From Paramoeba atlantica (lineage: Eukaryota; Protista; Discosea), in the NCBI GenBank assembly GCA_977017575.1, contig CDRNVI010000225.1, positions 9,429 to 73,428 on the forward strand: a DNA stretch of 64,000 nt, given 5' to 3'. Made by a program: the position numbers and the translations under genes. Below the pieces are notes generated by a model. The model was not told where the DNA came from and did no database searches. It saw only the letters and a list, made by a program, of their open reading frames with translations. Shown here one piece after another: positions 11,601 to 23,685 of the stretch (its first letter is position 1; every line of letters begins with the position of its first letter).

Positions 11601-12700
11601 AAATGAGAAGGTAACAAAAAAAAAAAGAAAAAGAAAAAGAAACAAACAATAAAATAACCTCATTTGCAAGATCAACATTTGGTTTTCCTTTTTCCAATAA
11701 AATTTGAACAATTTGTTTATGTCCATTTTGAGCAACAATAAAAAGAGGAGTTCTTCCAGACTTTACATTAAAAAAAATAGAAAAATGAGAAACTGAAAAA
11801 GAAAGAGAAAAAAAAAAGAAACAATTAACAAAATAACCTGATTTGGAAGATCAACATTTGGTTTTCCTTTTTCCAATAAAATTTGAACAATTTGTTTATG
11901 TCCATTTTGAGCAGCAATAAAAAGAGGAGTTCTTCCATACTTTACATTAAAAAAAATAGAAAAATGAGAAACTGAAAAAGAAAAAGAAAAAGAAACAAAA
12001 TAACCTCTTCTGGAAGATCAACATTTGGTTCTCCTTTTTCCAATAAAATTTCAACAATTTGTTCATATCCATTTTCAGCAGCAACACAAAGAGGAGTTCT
12101 TTCATCTTTTTGATTTAAAAAAATAGAAAAATGAGTAAGTGAAAAAAAAAAGAAAAATAAACAATCAACAAAAGAACATTAGGTGCAAGATCAACATTTG
12201 CTTTTCCTTTTTCCAATAAAAGTTGAACAATTTGTTCATGTCCATTTTGAGCAGCAATATAAAGAGGAGCTGCTCCGTACTTTACATTCAAGATACAAAA
12301 AAAAAATAGAAAAAATGAGAAAGTAAAAAAGAAAGAAAAAGAAAAAGAAAAATCAGAATCCAAAAAAACAAATTCAAAATAATAAGAGTAAAAAAAAAAA
12401 GAAGAACCTTATTTACAAGATCAACTTTTGGGTGTGCTTTTTCCAATAAAAGTTGAACAATTTGTTTATGTCCATTTTTCGCAGCAACATAAAGAGGAGT
12501 TTCTCCATCCTTTGGAAAGTAAAAAAAAGGTTACAAAAAAAAATAAAGAGAAAAAAAAAAAGAGAAAAAGAGAGAGGGAAAAAAACCCAATTCAAAGGAG
12601 CGTTGAAAGGATGAAAAGTATGTTCTTTTTCTCTTTCTTTTTCGATTTCTTTTTTGATTTTAAAATGAACCATTTCCAATTCTTTGGAAGAAATTTCTTC
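8694..12700 (-). CDS. Ankyrin-repeat protein: 15 tandem 102-bp phase-0 exons (9870-12509), 99-bp and 66-bp capping exons, and an acidic coiled-coil exon; both gene ends uncertain
   Basis: Exons (+ coordinates): 12408-12509, 12178-12279, 12005-12106, 11838-11939, 11659-11760, 11477-11578, 11302-11403, 11124-11225, 10949-11050, 10767-10868, 10589-10690, 10410-10511, 10219-10320, 10041-10142, 9870-9971, 9625-9723, 9318-9383. Each is bounded by AG/GT. Consensus YGRTPLYIAAENGHEQIVQILLEKGKPNVDLANQ. Confidence 0.93.
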
Positions 12701-13153
12701 AACACTTTTTTGCAAACAATTTTCAAGTATTTCCTGTTTTTTTCAATTGAAATAAAAATTAAAATAGTAAACTCAAAAGAGAAAATAACAAACTCTTGAA
12801 CAAGAAAAAAAAAAGGAGAAAAAGAAAGAAGAAAAAGAAACAAAAAAAAAGTTCAATGAACCAGAAATGAATCTTCTTCTTCTCCTCCTCTTTTTTCTTC
12901 TCCGATCTGTTTATTCTCATTTCGAGCTCGTTTTGTATCTTGGTAAAAACCCTCTTCTCTCTTCCTCTTTCGGTTTTCTTCTTCCATTCTCTTCTCCCTT
13001 TTTCTCTTTTATCTCTTTCTTCTTTCTTTCCTTTCTCTCTTTCTCTTTCTTTCAGACAAAACAAAAACGAAAAAAAGTCGTTTTTTCCACACGTTTTTTG
13101 TAGTTTTTTTGGAGCTCTCGATAACTCGTTGTTGTTGTTCTTGCGTTGGGGTG

Positions 13154-14573
13154 ATGTTGTGGTGGGTGTTGCCTCTTCTGTCTGTCTCCCTTTCTCTCTC
13201 TGAAGAATTGAACAGAGTAACACCTGACCCATGGTCACACATCGCCATTCCTTTTTACATTTACCAAGAGATTCTTGACGTGTTCGAGTCTACTTGCAAG
13301 GTAAAAAACCCATTCTGGAGTAAAGGAGCGAGTTACCACTGGCTGAACCAACTCAAAAACCATCCTTGGCGTCGTTATAACCAAAATGAGAGTCTTGTCT
13401 TTGTCATCCCAGCAAATTTCGATGCGATGTTGCACGAGGAATGCAAGAAAAATGTCTCAGAAGTGGCAAAACTGGGTCAGACAATCATTGCCACTTTAGA
13501 ACAGAGTGATGCCTTCCAAAAATATCAAGGAAGAGATCACCTCTTTCTCTCAACATACTTTAAAGTTTCTCCGTATTTCAAAACACATCAAAGACTTTCT
13601 TATACCCTTAGAAATGTCATATGGGCAGAGAGACTTGACAACAGTCACAGAAATTGTCAGGTCTCAGTTCTGCATAACGGCCCATTACCTCGCCCCAATG
13701 ACGATAAACGAAATCACACTTTGTTCTTTGTTGGACAAGCGGATCGAAGAAGGGCATATCGACACAGAGTAAAAGCAATCTCCAGCTTGACGGGTGTTGG
13801 TGAGAACAATGTTTTACTTGGGACCCCATGTCGAGATGAAGTGCTTCCTCAATGCAACCACTCAGACTCAGGATGTTGTGTTCCTCGAATTGAATTGAGT
13901 GAATTTCTTCGTTTGATGAGAGAATCCAAGTGGAACTTAATGATTGGAGGAGATACTGCAAGTTCAGGCCGATTTCCTGAGGCAATTGCGATGGGGGTTC
14001 CCAATATTATTATCTCCCCTGGCGTTAAACATTACCTGTCTTTTCAATGTATCATTCCTTGGAAGAATTTCACTATTCTCACAAACCCAGATATCTTTAA
14101 GGAACACCCTGAAACAACAATCCAAGAGGCTTTGTCAAAGTATGACAGTAAGTGGGAAGAGATGAAAGAACAACAGGATTTATATTCAAAACATATTTTG
14201 TGGTCACATCCTAAAAGCCTTGCTGCTCGAAACACATTAGTTGAGAGTGTTCGAAAATGTTTTCCTGACCGAGTACCAATTGAAATACCCTCGATTCCTT
14301 GCCCAGAGAATTTCTTCTCAAAATTGGATTCTTTTTCTGGTTCCTTTTTCGTTTCTGTTATTTTTTTTTGAATTTTTCTCATATTTTTCTCTCTCCTCAA
14401 AATTGTTTTCTTCAAATCAGCACTAGCAAAGAAATCTGCAATCCTAAATGGTTTTGGAAAATTTACAATCTGCTCTTGTTCTTTTTTCTTTTTTCTTAAT
14501 TCTTTCTTTCTCAGATATTTTCGATAACAATGCTGCACCCTCTGTAAAACCTGCAAAAGTCTCTTTCTCTTAA
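13154..14573 (+). CDS. Exostosin/GT47-family glycosyltransferase (type II membrane); exons ~13154-14339 and 14515-14573
   Basis: N-terminal hydrophobic anchor, GRDHLF, and GDTASSGRFPEAIAMGVPNIIIS...IIPW motifs typical of GT47. The short last exon is inferred from GT/AG sites and frame. Confidence 0.85.
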
Positions 14574-14752
14574 AATATTTTCATTGATCCATCACATGAT
14601 TTGGAGGTTTTTCCTTTCTTCTCAGCATCAAAAGACAAATATAAATATTCCCTTACTCACCTCTTTGCCAACAACAGAAAAAAACAACTTTCTTCTAAAT
14701 CAACCAAGAAGTCTTTTTCCTCTTCCAAATCCTCAAGCTCTTCAAATTCTCA

Positions 14753-14890
14753 AAAGACCGACTGAACTAAGCTGAAGTTTAAAACTTCGCCTCTCGTTAG
14801 AGGTCAAACAAACATAATTTAAATGTAATCAAATGGCTTAGATTAAGGACTACTAATTGAATAAAGTCTGCCTCAAAAGGAAAAAAAAAC
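14753..14890 (+). mobile_element. LINE/SINE 3'-end fragment with poly(A), same family as the insertion at 1134-1382
   Basis: aaagaccgactgaactaagctgaagtttaaaacttc...aataaagtctgcctcaaaa is the near-perfect reverse complement of ~1150-1275. Confidence 0.88.
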
Positions 14891-14944
14891 ACAATGCAGT
14901 TCATTTCATTTGCGCTTCACTGCTTGAAGTTCATTCGATTTCTC

Positions 14945-15034
14945 TTTGTGTGAATAAAGTTTATTCTCATTTTCCTCTCTAAATCCTTGCATCACACACC
15001 TGTTTTATCATTTTCCCAGTTCACACATCCAACA
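14945..15034 (+). mobile_element. Partial LTR (3' portion) related to 7365-7583
   Basis: Shares aataaagtttattctcattttcctctctaaa...ttttccc...tccaaca with ~7503-7583. Confidence 0.75.
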
Positions 15035-15303
15035 ATATGTTTCTGAAGACCATTTCTTGTGTGACTATTTTGTATCCTGTTTGTTGAGTGGTATGACTAC
15101 CAGTATTTGACTTCAAAAAATAAAATGAAAAATAATTTTTTCAATAAATTTTGAAAAATCAATTGATGAAAAATTCTTTTGTTTTTTGATAATCTCATTT
15201 TATGTTTCATCACAAATTGTTAACTTTTGTTTTTTATTGCTTCAATAAAAAAAGTTGTAAAATTTTTAATAAAGAAAAATTTTATTTCTTGTTCTGTAGT
15301 TCA

Positions 15304-18300
15304 TTAACTAGTGCCAAAACTTTGTGGTGTACCAGATGTTGATGATGAACTTGAAGAAAAAATTTTGATTTGTCTACTAAACAACAGACCAGCCAAGAAC
15401 ATTACCAACACTTCAGTTAGAAACAACACAATAAACATGTAAATTGATGAAGTAAACTCAACTGCCAGAATGATAATATACAACAAGCAACGAATCAAAA
15501 AGGAAAAGGTAATCAACCCCCCAATAAAAAGAATAAATTTTTTTGCCTTGTTAATATTTTGAGTTACAGCAAGAAACAGGCGAGTGTAATACAAAAATAC
15601 CAAGACCAAAAATAAAGTGACTGAAATGATGATGGATTGATAAACAATTGCCAAGGTTCTTGTGTTTTTCTCCAATTCTTCATTGGAATCAGGCACACGA
15701 CCAATACAAGGTGACTTTCCAGAACTAGTTTCTAAAAAACTAAAATGAAAGAGAGAAAAAAAAAAAGAGAAAAAAAAGGAAAAAAAGAGAAAAAAAGAGA
15801 AAGAAAAAAAAAAGAAAAAAAACCTAGAATCACTTCAGAATAAACTACGGTAACAATGATCCACAAACACCACACAAGAAAGACACCAATATAAATGAAT
15901 ATATTCATTGAATCATGTACAAAGAAAGAAGATTTTGATGACAACCTCTCCCAAAACCCAATCGAAATAATCACCAATGTGAAGAGAAGAAAGGTGGGGA
16001 TCTCAAAAACCACAAACTCAGACAAATGTTCATTTTCAAAAATTCCATTTGGATACATAAACATGAAACAAATTCGAAACACACACAAGATGGCAAACAA
16101 AATACTCATTGGCAGGGCAAGTTGCAATTTTCTCATTTGAAGACTGCATCCATCTCTCAGTTGAGCTAAGCAATAATAAAGAAAAAGAAAAAGATCAATA
16201 ATATAACACACCCCAAGTGTATACATCAATGCCTTTGTTTGAGTAGAGACATATTGAACATCTGTGTCCTTATAATTACTCAAACGGTGGACAGGGTACA
16301 AACGAATAACACCATCAGAAGATGCCACATCACTATACACAATGTCAGAGCACCAAAATTCAGCATTTCCAAAATGCACTTGAACAACATCCAGTCCTAG
16401 GGGGTGAATTACTTCATATTTGTGATTTGAGGTTCCGAAATCGCGAACAGAGTAGGGGGAATCAGCATCACTTATTGATTCATCAGTATCCTCATGAAGC
16501 TCTCTCAAGAGTTTCAGGCACACTTCAAAGGTGTTGAGGTGGGTTGGGGTTGTGAAGGAGATGATGGAACCATCTCCAGAGAGTTCTCCTACTATGGCTC
16601 CTTGTTTGTTTTGAACCGTTCCTCTTGACCTGTTTGTTTTTGTTAATTTTTGATTTGATTTTTGGTTTTTTTTTTTACAAACTTGTGGTCTTCAAAACGG
16701 AATGATACTGCAACGTCTAAATTCTTTGCATCAAACCATGCTTGATTGACAAGTGAAAGATTGAGAGTCGAACAACCAGAATCCATACTTGATTCCAAAA
16801 AAGTAACACGAGAAGAAGGACCCTGTTGTTCAAGGAATTGATATCAACCAAAAAAAAAATTCAAAAAGAAAGGGGAAAGAAAGAGAGAGAGGAAGAGTGG
16901 AAAGGGGAGAAGAACCTTTACAAAAGAAGGTTCATTGGCACATACAGCTGAAATACCCACCAAATTTTCTCGATTTTCATTTCGATTATAACAATCTGCT
17001 TTTAATTGTTAACTCAACATTTATTCAAGAGGGAGCGGAGGGAGAGGAGAGAAAAAGGAGAGAGAGAGGAGAGAGGAGAGAGGAGAGAGGAGAGAGGAGA
17101 GAGGAGAGAGGAGAGAGGAGAGAGGGGAGAGAGGGGGAGAGAGTGGGAGAGAGAAAAGAAAGAAAAGAAAGAAGGGGTAAAAAAGACAAAAGAGAAATAA
17201 AATTTACCCTCATCAGTTGTTTCATTTGATGAAGAGAGACAATCACACACAAGGGAAGTAAGGGAGTAAGCAACAAAATTTGACTCACAAATCACCTCTG
17301 ATCTCAACAAATACAAAAATTGCTCTTCAACAGCTTTGGCAACCCAGTCTTCAAGCAACAAGAATGACAATTGATCTTTCCATACAAACTGTTCTGTGGG
17401 TTCTGCTGAAACCCAAGTCAAAGGCCTGGGAATACCACCTATCCATTTTCCTGGTGTCCAATCCCATGTAGACTGAGAAACACCACCTAATCACATACAA
17501 AAAAAAAATTAAAAGAGGTTCAAAGAGAATGGAGAGGAGAAATTGAAAAATTGAAAGATGAAAAAAAACCTCGGCATTCACACTCAGAGGTGTTTAACCA
17601 AAGGAGTTGGTTTTCAGGACCTGGAAGAAGACAACCAAATCGAGTTGTATCAGAGTTTTGACATTCTTGTTGGGTCATAGCAGGTTCAACCCACTCTCGC
17701 CACCAAAATGATCCATCTTCCTCTGAAAATGCAAGGCAATCATCCTCTCTCATAATAGAAAAGTCCCTATTTAATTGATTCACAAAAAATCATTGTGTTG
17801 ACAAGAACCAAAAAAAAAAAAAAACCTGCAGCCTATTCCAGGTCTATCCATCTGTTGAATACAAAGGGGAATATCACTTGTCTCATCATGAGTTCCTGAA
17901 GTGAAACAAGCCCCAGTCTTTTCAAAAAAAAAAAAAGGGGGGGGGAAGAGAATAAGCAAGAGAGAGAGAGAAAAAAAAAAAGAAAAGAAAAATTAAAAAA
18001 GAAAAGAAAAGAACCTGAATGTCAACAGGATAATCAGTTGATCGTACAATTGTAGCCCACTCACGGTCAGAACATGCTCCAGCCCCAAAACACTCCTCCT
18101 GTGAATACATAAAAATATTTAATTTCCTCTCTTTTCAATGGACACTTTTCCATTTCTACAGTCAAACAACAAAAAAGAACAGAAACAAAAAAGGGAAACA
18201 ATAAGAAAGACATAAAGATTGAAAAGAAACCTCAGAAGTGCATTCATGCCAATCACTAACATAACACTGGAGGTACCTCTGCGCTGACTCATCAGCTCCG

Positions 18301-21300
18301 CATTCCTCCACAGGAATCAAAGGACATTGAGCCCAGTTTGTTGGTATTGTGGTTGTCTCCCCAAACTAACAACAAATTAGTGGATGTTTAAATTGAATCT
18401 AATATTTTAAAAAAAAAAAAAAAAAAGGAAAAAGAAAAAAGAAGGGAATAGAGAGGGTGTGGTGAAGAAAGACAAGCCAAACAAGAGAAAAGTTAACTTG
18501 AATACAATCTTCTTTTGAAATTATTGAAGGAATAACACAAATACTCTTGTCATACCAGAGTGTATCAATACCAAAACTCTTTTTAACATTTTGGCAACCA
18601 GGTTTAGAATTCATGTCTACGATGCAAGCTCCCTTCAATCCTGAAAGAGATAAACAACCAGGTCCATTGCAATCAACTGTACAAGAGGTGTCTCTTGTTC
18701 TTTAAGAGAATGAAAGGATGAGAAAAGGGAGGGGTGGTCTTCAAAAAAGAAAATAGTGATCTAAGGAAAAGGAGAGAAAAAAAAAAGGATAAAAAAAGAA
18801 AACCTGCACTCCTCTTCGGTCAGGCCAAAGAATACCCGGCCATCTTCCATCTCACATCCAATCCCTTGGTTGCATGAAACTTCATCAACATTGGGAACTA
18901 ATGTACAAGGAACAGAAGAGTCTGCTTCAAGTGGACAATAAACACAATGATTCTCTGTAAAAAGGGAAGAGAGAGTTCAGAGAGAGAGAAAAAAAAATTA
19001 AAAAAAATAAATTCAAATTGAAAACCAGTGCAAGAATCCAAATTCGACACACTACAAACTGGGTCTGGAGTGCAATCTTCCTCTAATGCTAATACAAGAG
19101 AGTACCCTGCATTACAAGAGGCATAACATGTTTCATAATTCTATAAAAATAAAAATAAAAAAAGATAATCAATCCATTTTAATTAAACAGAAGAAGGGAG
19201 AAAAGAAAAGAAAAGAGAAAGAATGAAAAAAGAAAGGATGAAAAAAAACCTGGGGACATGATATCCCAAGACAATTTTCAGCAGGACATCTAACATTCAA
19301 TTCATCCAAATCACCAGGAAGAGTGAGACCCAACACAGTAGCTTTACAATCATTTGTTTCACTATCCCAAACGTACCTTGACCTTTTCTCAATTTGAAGA
19401 GGATCACCTGGTACTACACAATCCTGCACAGTTGCTGCTGTTTTGAGAGCCTCAAAGAATTCATCTGAATCTCGCTGGGCATCACCAATTGAGGAGGGAA
19501 GAACTTCACGTCTGAGATAATCTTCAAGAGAGGAGGTCATCTTTTCTATGTAACAGGAGAGATATTCTTCTTCAAGTTGATTGGTTGGAGGGAGAATGCA
19601 CTTGTTGGTTGATCGATCACAATTTCCACTCAAAAAGGCACAATCATTGTCTGCTGAACAATCTGTTCCTCTAAAGGTTTCTGAGGGATAAATTTTTGAA
19701 TCAAGAAAATAATATTTCATAAAGACCAAGAAAAAATGAAAAAGAGAGAGAGAGAGAGAGAAAAGAAGAACAAACCAGTTATTCCAACCTCATTGAGGCA
19801 ATCCCTCACAACTCTCTGAAGTTGAGCATCAACAAGGACAGCGAGAGCACGCTCTGGGTCCTGTTTTGTAAACACCCATATTTAGAATTCAAACTCATGC
19901 AGCATCAAAAATACTGAAACACAAGAAAAACAAAAAGAAAAAAGAAAAGAAAAAAAATAAAACAAACATTAATTCCAGAGGAACAACCCTGGATGGGGTC
20001 ATTCAATTGATTCAAAGCTGTGGTAAAGTCATCATAGAAGGAAGCAGCACACTCTGGTACTCCACACTCTTCTTCAAGTTGCTCAGCAAGAGGTGCGTCA
20101 AATTCATTTTCAGTTACAACAATCGAAAATGGAAAGCAACAATTCACAGGCTGTCAGTTTTTTTGAGGGAGAGGGAGAGAGGGGGAGAGGAGAGGTGGAA
20201 AGAGGGAGAGAGAGAGAAAAAAAAAAAAGAAAAAAAAAGAAAAAAAGAGAAAAAAAAGAAAAAAAAGAAAAAAAAGAAAAGAAAAGAAAAGAAAAAAAAG
20301 AGAGACACTCAGTTGGGGATTACAACAAGGCTCATTGTTCCAAAGAATGGGGTCAGAATCTTGATCATATTGGCAGAAGGTTTGATCAACTCGATCAACC
20401 TTTGTGACCACACTTTCAAGTTGGTGTGTTGCTATTTTTTTTTGTGGTCAATCAAGTGAAGAAATAATAAGAAGGAAGACAACAAACCAGCAACAAGACA
20501 AGAACTGCTGGCTGTTGCTGCATTGTAGACATCCAAAGCATACTGAAAACTTTTTATGAGATTGAAATTCAACAAAGAGATGGGGATTGTGGGGAGAGAG
20601 GAGAGAGAGAGAGAAAGGATGCGAGAGAGGAGAGAGAGAAAGGATATGAGAGAGAGAGAGAAAGAAAGGACAAACATTAATAGAGGAAATGCTTTCTTCA
20701 GTAGCAGAGATTTGAGAAGAGATAAGCTCTTGAAGAATGGAATATTTCTCATTATCACAAAGAGCAACAAGATTGATTTCTTCAAAGGATGAAAGAGGAA
20801 TGTGGGGCAAGAATTTGCTAACACTCTTTTTTACTGAAGAATCAGACCCACCATTTTCCAGGAGGACAACTTCTCCAGCTTGATTTGTTACAGACATGAT
20901 TGCAATGGAACCCTACACACACAGTAAAAAAAAATGGAAAGGAAATGAAGAGGGGGTGCAATTAAAACTAATTAAATAAAAAAAAAAGGGAGGAGGAGGG
21001 AGAGAAACCTGAGAAAAGAGGGTATTTGCAGAATAAGGAATAGAACTTTGAACTCGAGTCAACACAACAACATAAAGAGTGGAAGCTTGAGGAGAAGCAA
21101 GAGTTGAATTTTGATAACTTCCAAACAAATTCAAAGGAATATTAAAAAGTGGAATTTCAGATGGAGGGGGAAAGAACACAAGGGGATCAGTGGAGGGAGC
21201 TGTCACCCACTCAAAACATCCAGACAAGAAATCAACACATGGAGCCTGTGTTTTTTTTATTTCAATGATAGAAAAAAGAAAAAAAAAATGAGGTGCTTTT

Positions 21301-23408
21301 TTTCTCAAAGTGGCATTGGAGAGTACATCAAGATCAAATATATTTCCAAAAAAGAGAAACAAACTTGAGCAGTCCCAAAAACAACTGCAGATGCTGATGT
21401 CAATGCTTCCTGGTAGGCCAGTGATGTGGCAATTTCTGATTGCAGTGGCACTCTCCAAGGCTGTGTTATTGGGGGGATGAACAAAAAAATTGAAAGAGAA
21501 AAAAGAAAAAGGAAAAAAAAAGAAAAAAGGAAAAACCAAAGACACAGTCGAAAATATCATGTGAACCAAAGAAGGGGTGAGGGGAACAACAGAGCAATGG
21601 ACAATAGTTTGTTCATCAAAGCAAGCAGAGAAGGATAAACGATTTTCTCCTTTTGTTGTTCTCCCAATCAATGAATTTCTCCGTTCTAAAACAAAAGAAC
21701 ACAAATGTTAAAAAAAAATTGTTTGTTATTATTTCACACACAATTTCCTTTAGAAGAAGAAGAGAAAAGTAAAAAACAAGAAAACAAGGAAAAAGGTGCA
21801 TTCACCTGTCAATGCATCAGGATCACGAGGAAGGCAAAACAAGTCCAGATCACCCACTGAATCACCCAATGTTGCAGACACAGAGATGGTCTGACAACCA
21901 GAAGGGATTGGCAGCACCAAGTCAACAACTTGATTTCTTTAAAAGGTGAAAAAGAAAAGAGAGAAGAGAGAGAAGGAAGAGAAGGAAGAGAAGAAGAGAG
22001 AGAAGAGGGGTGTGAGAGAGAGCTCTCCATCATTCCTAAGTTCTCAAAACCACAAAAAAAAGAGAGAGAAAACAAACATAACACTCTCATCGAAGATGTG
22101 AGAGACTGTAAGGCCATCCTCTAGACAGAACGAGATTGGGGTGTCAGCTTCATTTTCTGGGACCACCGAACAGGGCACTCGAATGGATGGTGGGAGTAAT
22201 GGGTGTGTCTATCAAATAATGAAGAAAGAAAAAGGGGAAAGGGGAAAATCAGAATCAGAAAATTATTTTTTTAACAAGGGAAAATAAAGGAAAAAAAAAA
22301 AAATAGAATGATTTAACAAAACACCTGAGTCGAGGCAATCACTTCCACAATGAATGAGGTAGCCAATGCAGCTTGCACTGCAATTGAATAGGTCCCAAGA
22401 AGGTAATTTGTGTGGGCAACAGGACAAATTGTGATGATGTTTTGTCCCAAACCATCAGAAATTGGGATACTCCCTTTTTTCCACTCTGATTGTTCAGTAT
22501 CTTGAAAAAAAAAATAAGAGAGAGCAAAAAACCTGGAGTCAGTGACCCAAACACACAAAAAAGAAAAGAAAAGAAAAGAAGAAAACACACACAACAAAAG
22601 AAAAAAAAATCAAAACCAGGAAAGGCGTGCTGATTGGACACCCTCACAATCGGAACACCATAAAATGGTCGTATGATGACTTTAATTGCACGACAGTTAT
22701 ATTGTGGTCCCAGGAAAAACCGAAAGAATCCTGTTTCTCCTATTCCCAGTGTTGTTGTTCTGTTTTTTTTTTTTGTTAGAATTCTGTTTGGAAAAAGTAA
22801 TAAATAATGAAAAAAAAGAAGAGAAGAATGAAAAAAGAATGAAAACGTGGAAGCTTGTCCAATTTGAAGAGAGGTGTAATTCATAGGAGAAGAACACCAC
22901 TCCCCAACTTTGTCAAACACATCACCACCAATCTCTGCAGGACCACAGCAAGAAGGATTTCCACAATCTTCAGGCTGAAAAAAAAAAACTTTTTCAAAAA
23001 AATCACAGAAAAAAAAACGTGAAAAAAAAAAAAGGAAAAATGAAAAAAAATGAAAAAAAAATAAACTGTTTGTGAAGACCAATCACAAGGTTCACACTCC
23101 TTCGGCAAACATGATTTTTCAGCTCTTCCACAAAGAAAAGGGTCTGTAAAGCATGAGTGAGTAAGAGAGCCAAATCAGAACCAACTCAAAAAAGTAGAGA
23201 GAGAAAAAGAGAGACCTGCTGCTACAAACAATTCTTCATCAAATTCCATCTTCATCACCGAAAAATCAAACTCAGTATTGAAAACGGAAGTTGAGCTCGT
23301 CCAAAAATGACTCTCACGGAGTTGAGGTCTCGCTACCCCTCCTCTCCACCACCCACACAACAGAATCACCAACATCAACCACCAATTTTTAATCCGAAGT
23401 CGTCCCAT
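15304..23408 (-). CDS. Large multi-exon 7TM receptor-like protein: signal peptide, long Cys-rich ectodomain, THH1/TOM1/GPR137 (DUF1084)-like 7TM
   Basis: ATG at 23408 begins MGRLRIKNWWLMLVILLCGWWRGGVA. Many Cys-rich exons follow, some with PPC-like GDLDLF/GTYSIAV strands. Seven hydrophobic helices lie in 15304-16240 (e.g. LCVFRICFMF, VFEIPTFLLFT, FSFLIRCLLY), then a short Ser-rich tail. Joining all exons into one gene is inferred. Confidence 0.75.
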
Positions 23409-23685
23409 GATAACCAAACACAAGGGAGGAAAAATCAGAAGAGAGAGAAGAGAGAAGAGAGAAGACAAAAACACAAAAGACTATTATAAAAACAGAAAAC
23501 AAGAGTTAAAAAATAACAGAAGACAAAAGAGCGATTCCCCCCCTTGTTTACCCCGCGGGGATCAAGTTCCGACCTGATCGAAAGAGGGTCACGTTTTTTT
23601 GTTCCAAAAAGCTCTTTGTCTCGCTTTATTATTCTCTGACTTTTTTTACACTTTTTCAATCTCTGTTTCTCCTTTTTTTTGTCTG
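23409..23685. promoter_or_regulatory. ~277-bp divergent (bidirectional) promoter region with a GC palindrome
   Basis: Lies between two outward-facing signal-peptide ATGs (23408 minus, 23686 plus). Perfect palindrome CCCCGCGGGG at 23551-23560. Function is inferred. Confidence 0.5.

Noticed and set aside
9870-12509. CRISPR-like repeat/spacer array
   Set aside because: The repeats are in-frame ankyrin exons with GT/AG boundaries, the spacers are homologous introns, and there are no cas genes.
14525-14600. CTLCKTC zinc-knuckle-like LINE fragment
   Set aside because: Another frame splices cleanly as the last GT47 exon, and the knuckle would need a frameshift.
16240-16830. GPS/GAIN motif before the 7TM
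   Set aside because: No C-x-C-x-H-L-[TS] or equivalent motif is visible, so the protein is not called an adhesion GPCR.
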